A stretch of 41,098 nucleotides of DNA from a virus (lineage: Duplodnaviria > Heunggongvirae > Uroviricota > Caudoviricetes), in IMG/VR virus record IMGVR_UViG_3300034102_002845; one strand, given 5' to 3'. Positions within the stretch are counted from its first letter, which is position 1. Every line of letters begins with the position of its first letter. Made by a program: the position numbers and the translations under genes. Positions 34,451-41,098 of the stretch are shown piece after piece. Under the pieces are notes generated by a model, which searched no databases, was not told where the DNA came from, and saw only the letters and a program-made list of their open reading frames with translations.

Positions 34451-34490
34451 TTTCTCTTCGAGAAAACAAGCCGGGAAACCGCCCCAGAGC
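34451..34490 (-). promoter_or_regulatory. Inverted, -10-less copy of the composite promoter
   Basis: Reverse complement reads gctctggggcggtttcccggcttgttttctcgaagagaaa and then diverges. Confidence 0.75.
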
Positions 34491-34504
34491 AAGGGGTTGA
34501 GCCA

Positions 34505-34705
34505 GTGAAAGACGTAACATACGTGAAGCTAAATGAGATCTGTAACCGCTACGAGATTGCCCCGTCCGCACGGGCAGAACTCCGAGAGCTTTTCCGAGGG
34601 GTGATGAGCAAAGCAAACTCAGACGAAGCCTTCCTTCGAGACTTCCTTGAAGACCGAGCAGAGCGTCAGCGACACCAAGACACTTCTTACCAGGGAAGTT
34701 GGTGA
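34505..34705 (+). CDS. Hypothetical protein (paralog of 40313-40477)
   Basis: ARAELRELFR versus AQKELRKLFR. Confidence 0.6.
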   Translation: MKDVTYVKLNEICNRYEIAPSARAELRELFRGVMSKANSDEAFLRDFLEDRAERQRHQDTSYQGSW

Positions 34706-34738
34706 GTTACTCCGAAATCCCACTCAACAAACAGTAAG

Positions 34739-34990
34739 ATGGAAACCAAACGAGAAGGACCTTACCTTCGTTTTTCCGCAGTTTGCCATGGCTGCCGATA
34801 TGAGCTTAGCGAGCGCTATCACCGCCAAGGCGATAGCGGGGCCGATGTTTATTGCACGCACCCTTCGTTTGATGGCTGCAGCTGCTCTGCACGGCGCAGC
34901 ATAGGCGACACTCGCTGGATTACACCGGACTGGTGCCCCGTTGCATCCCCAATGCTGACCATACGAAAGCAACTTGAGGGACTCAAGTAG
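34739..34990 (+). CDS. Cys-rich hypothetical protein
   Basis: CHGC...YCTHP...TPDWCP. Confidence 0.65.
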   Translation: METKREGPYLRFSAVCHGCRYELSERYHRQGDSGADVYCTHPSFDGCSCSARRSIGDTRWITPDWCPVASPMLTIRKQLEGLK

Positions 34991-35035
34991 CTTGAGTCAC
35001 TCGTTAAATCCCCTACAAGCTCACAACTCAGCAAA

Positions 35036-35434
35036 ATGACAACGCCAGCCGCAGCTGCCCTTTACCTTGCGCAGCACAACCTTCCAATGGAAGGAAGCAA
35101 AGTCGCAATTTTCAATCCAAACTCAAGAGACCTTGACCAGCTACCGGTAATCTTTGGTTTCAACGACGGTGACTCTAACGGATTCCTCGTAGGTTTTCTA
35201 GTGTCTGAAGATGGCACTTTTCTGGGCTCTCACGCTTGCAGCAATGAAGCCTACATGTACCACGACCTTGGGATCTTGGAGGGTACTCGACCCGACCGCC
35301 ACGAAAGGTTCCAAGAGCACTATCCGGACGGGTACAGCATGGAGTTTGTCCCGTATGCGAATCTAAAGGAACATACCGGACTCAACAAAGCCTTAGCTTT
35401 GCTCGAAGCCGCAGAACGCCGCAGAAGACAATAA
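35036..35434 (+). CDS. Hypothetical protein
   Basis: ORF track. Confidence 0.7.
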   Translation: MTTPAAAALYLAQHNLPMEGSKVAIFNPNSRDLDQLPVIFGFNDGDSNGFLVGFLVSEDGTFLGSHACSNEAYMYHDLGILEGTRPDRHERFQEHYPDGYSMEFVPYANLKEHTGLNKALALLEAAERRRRQ

Positions 35435-35459
35435 CAATGAGCCTCCTTCATTGTCTGAT

Positions 35460-35525
35460 GGCGGATAACCGCCCCCGAAGTAGACGGTTTACACCCTTGC
35501 TCTCTCGAAGAGAAAACGCTAAAGT
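35460..35525 (+). promoter_or_regulatory. Repeated composite promoter (double box)
   Basis: TTGCTC-17-TAAAGT; TCTC-gaa-GAGA. Confidence 0.8.
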
Positions 35526-35569
35526 AAGGGTGTGGAAAGAAATCTCCCCAATTCCACTCTCTTGGTTCC

Positions 35570-36043
35570 ATGACTAACCTTTCAAAAGTTTCCGTGGGCG
35601 ACGAACTATTCGTTGTTTGGGGGCATTCTTGGAGTGTAGAAAGTAAGACTATAACTCAAACAGCGAAAGTTATGAAAATTGATAAGAGGTATGTCTACCT
35701 GAAAATAGTTAGTTTCACAGCACCTCCACAAAAGTTTAAATTTGATGGAAGAAGCTTTCACCAAAAGAAGTATCCGTATGAACACGAGACAGGTTTTGGT
35801 TTATATGCTTATCTTAGCAGGGAGGACTGGGAAAAAGAACAGGCCGACAACGAGGCAGCACGCGAGTACCTTAAGTTGACCCTGGGCTGTGATCCTTGCA
35901 GGGTGGTTGAACTTCCGATCAGCGTGGTTAAGGAGATTAACGCAATTGTAACCAAGATACCTAGACCCCTGGCCCCACCCCCTAAGCCTAGTTCAGGGGT
36001 ATGCTTTTGGGACAACCATGAGAAGCGCTACATTACGGGGTAG
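35570..36043 (+). CDS. Hypothetical protein
   Basis: ORF behind promoter element. Confidence 0.7.
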   Translation: MTNLSKVSVGDELFVVWGHSWSVESKTITQTAKVMKIDKRYVYLKIVSFTAPPQKFKFDGRSFHQKKYPYEHETGFGLYAYLSREDWEKEQADNEAAREYLKLTLGCDPCRVVELPISVVKEINAIVTKIPRPLAPPPKPSSGVCFWDNHEKRYITG

Positions 36044-36119
36044 AATCTACCACTAACTGAGGATTTATCGCTTAAGACCCCCTTGTAACCCCTAACAACA
36101 ACTCCTTGAACACATTCCG

Positions 36120-36917
36120 ATGGTAACCCCTAAAGAAACACCCGTCCAGTTCACTCTCGACATGGTCAGAGCCACACAGGCTGGCCTAAAGACACAGATG
36201 CGGATTGCGGTAGACCCGCAACCTGACTGTGGGAGTGGGTGGGAGATTCACGAAACGGACGCCACAGGAATGTGGTTTAAACCCCGGTTCGGGCCAGTCT
36301 ACCCTCTTGTACCCTGTCCACTCGGAAAGCCGGGGGATCGACTCTGGGTGCAAGAAGAATGGATGGAGGCTGAATGCCCGATTAATATGAGTAATGCTCC
36401 CCAAGTGATTCGAGGCCCCGTTACAAGTGAGAGGTGGCGTGAGTGCACGTGGTTCAAAGACAGCCCTGATCCGTACGGCTGGCCAGCTCGAAAGGGTTGG
36501 CGACCCGCATCTTCCATGCCCCGATGGGCCAGCCGTTTAACCCTCGAAGTTTCCTCTGTACGGGTGGCAGTGCTACAGGGCTTCACCGAGGTTGATGCTG
36601 CTGCCGAAGGCGTGATTGAAGACTTTAGACCTGTGGCGGATAAGTGGGATCTGTGTTCCCTGTATCGCAACGCTTATCGTGAGCGTTGGGTGTCCCTCCA
36701 CGGCAAGGAATCGTGGGACGCTAACCCGTTTGTGTGGGTGGTTGAGTTTTCACCAATCGCGACAAGAAACGAACAACCTGATTTTCGGTCCTTATGCGCT
36801 GAGCTTCTTACTGAGCTTCAGTCTATGAGAAAGGTAATAGCGGACGAAGTCGGCTACCCGAGCCCCCCTTCTCCCCTTGAAGAAAGAGTCGGTGAGCTCC
36901 TCCACAACGAGAACTAA
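36120..36917 (+). CDS. ASCH-like conserved phage protein with an appended DFRxLCxEL module
   Basis: GKPGDRLWVQE, MPRWASRLTLEV and WDANPFVWVVEF motifs. Confidence 0.7.
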   Translation: MVTPKETPVQFTLDMVRATQAGLKTQMRIAVDPQPDCGSGWEIHETDATGMWFKPRFGPVYPLVPCPLGKPGDRLWVQEEWMEAECPINMSNAPQVIRGPVTSERWRECTWFKDSPDPYGWPARKGWRPASSMPRWASRLTLEVSSVRVAVLQGFTEVDAAAEGVIEDFRPVADKWDLCSLYRNAYRERWVSLHGKESWDANPFVWVVEFSPIATRNEQPDFRSLCAELLTELQSMRKVIADEVGYPSPPSPLEERVGELLHNEN

Positions 36918-36934
36918 GCGTGTTGGCCCCTGTG

Positions 36935-36999
36935 GGCGGATAACCGCTTGCTCTGGGACGGTTTACCGGCTAGTTTCTGCGTCGAAGAAACGTTATAGT
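36935..36999 (+). promoter_or_regulatory. Repeated composite promoter (double box)
   Basis: CGGATAACCG plus CGGTTTACCG; TAGTTT-17-TATAGT. Confidence 0.83.
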
Positions 37000-37038
37000 A
37001 AGGGGTGGAAAAGTCCCTAAGAAACTCGTCTTAACACA

Positions 37039-37314
37039 ATGAAAAACGTCCAACAACCTAATTTCCGCGATCTGTGCTCCAGACTCGCTGACGAGCTGCA
37101 TAAAGAGACGTGTCTCTACCCCAGTTACGCTAGAGAGTCGGTGAGAGAGGCTGATAAGGCTCTCAAACAACCTGCTCTTCGGGTGAGCCGTGGGGAAGTA
37201 TCTTCCCTATACTATGAACACGGTGGTAATGACCAGTCTGAGGGGTTTTCCTGTGAAGACTTCGAGCGTGCTGTAGGCACTCTTCTGGCTCGTCTCGGTT
37301 ATGTCGTAGTTTAA
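37039..37314 (+). CDS. Hypothetical protein (NFRDLCSRL module)
   Basis: N-terminus matches the C-terminal module of the upstream gene. Confidence 0.65.
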   Translation: MKNVQQPNFRDLCSRLADELHKETCLYPSYARESVREADKALKQPALRVSRGEVSSLYYEHGGNDQSEGFSCEDFERAVGTLLARLGYVVV

Positions 37315-37317
37315 GAA

Positions 37318-37382
37318 GACGGATAACCGCCCCCGAAGTGGACGGTTTGCACCCTTGTTTCACTCAGGCAAAACGGTATAGT
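37318..37382 (+). promoter_or_regulatory. Repeated composite promoter (double box)
   Basis: TTGTTT-16-TATAGT. Confidence 0.82.
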
Positions 37383-37412
37383 AAAGAGGTGGAAAACACC
37401 GCTCCCAACCCG

Positions 37413-37667
37413 ATGCAAACTCCTGAAGCCGTTGCCCTCGCCGCCACCATTCAGCTTCATGGCGAAATGCTCAACGACGAGTGCTTCGCCGGCTACGAAG
37501 GCGATAAGGATGCTTTCGACATTCTCTACCAAGAAGTCTTCGTGATTGCACGCGACGATGTCACTCTTGAAGTTGACCCGGTCAACCAAGTTGTTGACAT
37601 GTTTTACGAGTACCATTCGGAAATCTGCAACGGCACACGCGAGGTCGACTGGTACCTTTATCGCTGA
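37413..37667 (+). CDS. Acidic hypothetical protein
   Basis: ATG 37413 behind the promoter element. Confidence 0.65.
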   Translation: MQTPEAVALAATIQLHGEMLNDECFAGYEGDKDAFDILYQEVFVIARDDVTLEVDPVNQVVDMFYEYHSEICNGTREVDWYLYR

Positions 37668-37715
37668 GCTCTCACCGATTTCGCTCTAGCTAGAAACCAC
37701 CCAACTCTTGAGAAA

Positions 37716-37832
37716 ATGGAAACCCTTTCACCTGCCCCCGACAACACTCTCGACGACTCCTTCACATCTTACCTTGAAAACGAGCTGCTAAGCTCTGAGG
37801 ACGAAGGCGACCGCGACAACGAAGATTGTTGA
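37716..37832 (+). CDS. 38-aa acidic peptide
   Basis: Manual translation METLSPAPDN... Confidence 0.45.
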   Translation: METLSPAPDNTLDDSFTSYLENELLSSEDEGDRDNEDC

Positions 37833-37886
37833 CCCACGCTCTTTAATCCTTAACGATCAATCCCCAACATCACGGAATTTGAAATC

Positions 37887-38393
37887 ATGGAAGACCGTAA
37901 CCAAAGCCAAGTCCACACCCACGTGACTCAATACGGAACAGGTTCAGAGGGAACCACTTATTACATTGGTGACCTTTGCTACGCTATGGCTGACGCATGG
38001 GACGAGGTTTGCGAACTCCTGTTCATCGGTGACGAGGAGCAAACAGGTAGACTCCGCCTGAAGGACGGGCGAGAGTTTTTCATCTTCGGCACAGCACACG
38101 GGGACGGCGAGTACAAAGACCAGTTTGGTAACACATACGGTGTAGACACCGGCACACTCGGGGCAATTCGCGTTGAGGACATTCGGTCCGGCAAGTACAC
38201 AAAAGAAACTCTGATCGAGCTAGGGTGTCTTCACACGTTCGACCAACCACTTTCGGACGCTGAATGCTGCAGCGTAGACGGCGTTGTCACCTTCGGTCAC
38301 ATACGCATTGATACCGATCCTCTGCAAGATGACGAGGAGGATTACTTGGACGAAGACTGGTACGGCGACGAAGACGACGAAGACGAAGACTGA
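37887..38393 (+). CDS. Hypothetical phage protein with acidic tail
   Basis: YYIGDLCY, TAHGDGEY and VDTGTLG motifs. Confidence 0.75.
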   Translation: MEDRNQSQVHTHVTQYGTGSEGTTYYIGDLCYAMADAWDEVCELLFIGDEEQTGRLRLKDGREFFIFGTAHGDGEYKDQFGNTYGVDTGTLGAIRVEDIRSGKYTKETLIELGCLHTFDQPLSDAECCSVDGVVTFGHIRIDTDPLQDDEEDYLDEDWYGDEDDEDED

Positions 38394-38410
38394 GAAATAC
38401 GACGCGGTAA

Positions 38411-38453
38411 GGGCGGTTTCCCGCTTGTCTTTCCCTGAGAAAGGCGCTATACT
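38411..38453 (+). promoter_or_regulatory. Repeated composite promoter
   Basis: CGGTTTCCCG; TTGTCT-17-TATACT. Confidence 0.82.
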
Positions 38454-38475
38454 TAGCTCACTCACCTTTTCAGCC

Positions 38476-38721
38476 ATGTTCTACGAAGAAAAGTACCCCA
38501 ACGGACTGCAAATGACGCAGTTTGAGCATAACTGGATTGGGCAAATTAGTGAGTACAACCACAATTACTATGTAGGGTTTGGAAAGGACCTACTACTGGC
38601 CAATAGCGACGACGACACAACTGAGTGGTTCCTGGCCCACAACGAAACCTTCCGATACTTGGGTGAGAGCAAGTGCTCCCGTGGAGAACTTCTCATCCGC
38701 TATGAACAACCATGCACCTGA
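38476..38721 (+). CDS. Hypothetical protein
   Basis: ATG 38476 behind the promoter element. Confidence 0.65.
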   Translation: MFYEEKYPNGLQMTQFEHNWIGQISEYNHNYYVGFGKDLLLANSDDDTTEWFLAHNETFRYLGESKCSRGELLIRYEQPCT

Positions 38722-38783
38722 ACTGCCAACTTAAGTCATTTCAACCCCCTAAGCAACCCCCCTAAGCAACCCAAATCAACGCA

Positions 38784-39020
38784 ATGAGCTCAATTTTCAG
38801 CAACTCCCCTGTAAGAGTGAATCTTACGAAAGCTCAGATAGAAGCGCTAATCAAGCAAGAGGTTGGGCGATCCTTCCCAAACTTCTCCGCAGATGAAATC
38901 TCATTCAAAGTTTCTACTCAAACTGATATGAGGCATGAGATTTCTGGAACCACTTTTGAAGGTGTTGATATAGTTCTGAAACCTTTAAGCACCTCTTCTA
39001 ATTCCTACTGGGACAAATGA
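38784..39020 (+). CDS. Hypothetical protein (small paralog family)
   Basis: ORF track. Confidence 0.65.
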   Translation: MSSIFSNSPVRVNLTKAQIEALIKQEVGRSFPNFSADEISFKVSTQTDMRHEISGTTFEGVDIVLKPLSTSSNSYWDK

Positions 39021-39226
39021 CAAAAATCAACCACTACTCTAAAGTCGAGCTCGACCTCGACGCTGTGAAAGAAGCCGTGACTTCTTCTCTGGAAGCTCAG
39101 TTTCCGGGGCAGAAAGTTACGAGTATTCTCCCTTTGTACTCAAGACCTGTAGGATACTACGAGGATCGTTTTCCATCAGAGAGGAACTTTTCCGGGTTTG
39201 ATATTACTTTAGAGCCTGGGGGTTGA
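39017..39226 (+). CDS. Hypothetical protein (small paralog family)
   Basis: ATGA overlap; ends FSGFDITL, similar to FEGVDIVL of the upstream gene. Confidence 0.65.
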   Translation: MTKINHYSKVELDLDAVKEAVTSSLEAQFPGQKVTSILPLYSRPVGYYEDRFPSERNFSGFDITLEPGG

Positions 39227-39296
39227 TTTGAAAGATTTCCTCAGGAGCCCAACTAAAGGGCCATGATACAAACCAACAAAGCATCGGAGCAGCCCA

Positions 39297-40214
39297 ATGA
39301 GCCTAGTCGAAGACATTCTCAAGCTGAAAGAGCAACGCAATGCCGTAATCCTGGCCCACTACTACCAGGTTCCTGAAATTCAAGAAATTGCGGACTTTGT
39401 TGGAGACTCGCTTGAGCTCGCTCGCCAAGCTGCGGGAACCAACGCAGACGCGATTGTTTTCTGCGGAGTTCACTTCATGGCCGAGACAGCCAAAATCCTA
39501 AATCCGTTAAAAACCGTTTTACTCCCAGACATTAACGCCGGTTGCAGCCTGGCCGATGCATGTTTGCCAGATGACTTTGCAAAGTTTCGTGTGAAACACC
39601 CGGACCACTACGTAATTAGCTACATAAACTGCTCAGCAGCAATCAAGGCTCAGAGCGACCTGATCTGCACCAGCAGCAATGCCGTGCGCCTTGTTGAACA
39701 GGTCCCGAAAGACCGACCTATTTTGTTCGCACCGGACAAAAACTTGGGTCGATGGGTCGCTGAGCAGACTGGTCGAGAGCTAACGCTCTGGAACGGAAGT
39801 TGCCAAGTCCATGAAGCTTTCAGCGAAGAGGCTCTCATGGAGCTTTGGGTGGAACACCCCGAGAGCGAGGTTATTGCCCACCCTGAGTGCGAAGAGGCTC
39901 TGTTAAATCTGGCGGATTTCGTGGGTTCCACGAGTGCTTTGCTCCGCAGAGTGCAGGAAAGTACGTCTGATTCCTTCATCGTCCTAACGGAACCAGGAAT
40001 CATTCACAAAATGAAGCAGGTTGCGCCGAGCAAGGTGTTTCTGCAGGTTCCTGGACGAGACGGTTGTAGCTGCAACGACTGCCCCTGGATGAAATTAAGT
40101 ACCCTGGAAAAAGTGCGGAATTGTCTGCGGGACTTGACGCCCGAGATTAACCTCGAAGAAGGACTGAGACTGAAAGCTTTGCAACCCCTTGAGAGAATGC
40201 TTTCTCTTTCTTAG
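39297..40214 (+). CDS. nadA: Quinolinate synthase A
   Basis: [37 protein letters not shown] and the three Fe-S cysteines. Confidence 0.96.
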   Translation: MSLVEDILKLKEQRNAVILAHYYQVPEIQEIADFVGDSLELARQAAGTNADAIVFCGVHFMAETAKILNPLKTVLLPDINAGCSLADACLPDDFAKFRVKHPDHYVISYINCSAAIKAQSDLICTSSNAVRLVEQVPKDRPILFAPDKNLGRWVAEQTGRELTLWNGSCQVHEAFSEEALMELWVEHPESEVIAHPECEEALLNLADFVGSTSALLRRVQESTSDSFIVLTEPGIIHKMKQVAPSKVFLQVPGRDGCSCNDCPWMKLSTLEKVRNCLRDLTPEINLEEGLRLKALQPLERMLSLS

Positions 40215-40244
40215 TACCTCGGCCTGAAGCCAATGCGGCGAGCG

Positions 40245-40288
40245 GGGCGGTTTCCCGCCTTCCTCCCTCCGCTAAAACAAGCTATAAT
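40245..40288 (+). promoter_or_regulatory. Repeated composite promoter (variant without spacer palindrome)
   Basis: CGGTTTCCCG; TTCCTC-17-TATAAT. Confidence 0.72.
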
Positions 40289-40312
40289 ACATGCAGCGAC
40301 CCAAACAAGCCC

Positions 40313-40477
40313 ATGTCTCACGCCCAGGAGCTTCAGGCAATCTTTCAGATCCACTCAATTCCAGAGCAGGCTCAGAAAGAGCTGCGCAAACTGTTCAGAA
40401 AGAGCAACGAACACGCTCGTTCAGAGGGCTGGAGTGAGGGCCACGAAGACGGTTTTTACGAAGCTACCGACGAGTGA
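40313..40477 (+). CDS. 54-aa hypothetical protein (MSHAQELQAIF...)
   Basis: Manual translation; behind the promoter element; paralog of 34505-34705. Confidence 0.6.
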   Translation: MSHAQELQAIFQIHSIPEQAQKELRKLFRKSNEHARSEGWSEGHEDGFYEATDE

Positions 40478-40538
40478 TTCCCTGAACTTTTCTCTTTAAG
40501 GGGGAGTCTCGCCCGTCTAGCACCTCTGAAAACCAACC

Positions 40539-40793
40539 ATGGGAACAATTGACAAGCTAATCAACCTGGTGCGAAGGACGGAGAATTACGTCCCACGACT
40601 CTCCTCTGCCGACTCCTATGAAAAAGAAGGTGTTTCGGTTCTTGTGGAGGACGCAGGGTATTCCATTACCCTTCGAAGCATGATTGGTGACTTACATGTT
40701 ATTGACGGGTACGGTCCGGGTGGAAGATTCATTGAGTGGCTGGAGGGTGACGAAACTGTTGCTCAAAAGTGGCTGGAGAAGCTAGGAGGTTAA
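40539..40793 (+). CDS. Hypothetical protein
   Basis: ORF track; stop codon lies inside the next element's distal box. Confidence 0.65.
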   Translation: MGTIDKLINLVRRTENYVPRLSSADSYEKEGVSVLVEDAGYSITLRSMIGDLHVIDGYGPGGRFIEWLEGDETVAQKWLEKLGG

Positions 40794-40849
40794 CCGCCCC
40801 GACTAGGACGGTTTCCCGCCTTGTTTTTCCTCTGGAAAAACGGTATAGT
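40785..40849 (+). promoter_or_regulatory. Repeated composite promoter (double box)
   Basis: TTGTTT-17-TATAGT; GTTTTTCC-tct-GGAAAAAC. Confidence 0.85.
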
Positions 40850-40855
40850 AAGTGT

Positions 40856-41041
40856 ATGGAAAACGACCAACGCTTCTTTGAAATAATGGCTCGCGTGGAC
40901 GAGTGGGCCGCAGTCTCGGCAATGTACGATCGTCGTGGTGCTGCAGAGGACCGCGTTTCTTACTTGTTAGAAGACCCGATCGGAATGTCTGACGATGAAC
41001 TCTTTGAGTCAGCCTGCGATGCTTGGATGGAAGCAGAATGA
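40856..41041 (+). CDS. Hypothetical protein, likely leaderless mRNA
   Basis: ATG begins 7 nt after the -10 box. Confidence 0.6.
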   Translation: MENDQRFFEIMARVDEWAAVSAMYDRRGAAEDRVSYLLEDPIGMSDDELFESACDAWMEAE

Positions 41042-41098
41042 AAGGAACTTCGGTGAACGCACCAAAGAGAGACACCCTGAAAGCCGCAAGTTACAACG

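Noticed and set aside
30197-40499. ORF-track starts at 30197, 31308, 33818, 37338, 38284 and 40233
   Set aside because: They begin within or upstream of promoter elements. Downstream starts (30290, 31362, 33872, 37413, 38476) or another frame (40313) fit better.
20308-40849. Repeated element as a CRISPR array
   Set aside because: Copies are about 0.3-3.3 kb apart, separated by genes, degenerate, and carry -35/-10 boxes. No cas genes are present.

Overview
This window looks like a segment of a large lytic cyanophage genome. Markers are psbA, nadA, a Dps-like gene, a GH19 endolysin, a UvrD-like helicase, collagen-like fibre genes and dozens of short hypothetical genes. Main points: (1) psbA is split into 5 exons by four ORF-less group I introns. 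It splices to a 359-aa, unusually divergent D1 and is followed by a free-standing HNH endonuclease whose RBS sits in a hairpin. (2) Four proteins and one pseudogene share an N-terminal leader plus a 'YDFTRCVRPxGTxYGTxGxCRKG' module fused to unrelated C-termini. Three of them have a GGGTAAA motif about 30 nt upstream. This is a candidate family of polymorphic virion-packaged effectors. (3) About 20 copies of a composite element divide the right half into gene cassettes. Each has one or two CGGWTWMCCG boxes 22-23 bp apart and a sigma70 -35/-10 pair with a covarying palindrome in the spacer. (4) One cassette holds an FGE-sulfatase/CLec gene whose 3' end looks like a DGR variable repeat, with no TR or RT in the window. 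All assignments come from reading the sequence by eye; no database searches were run.
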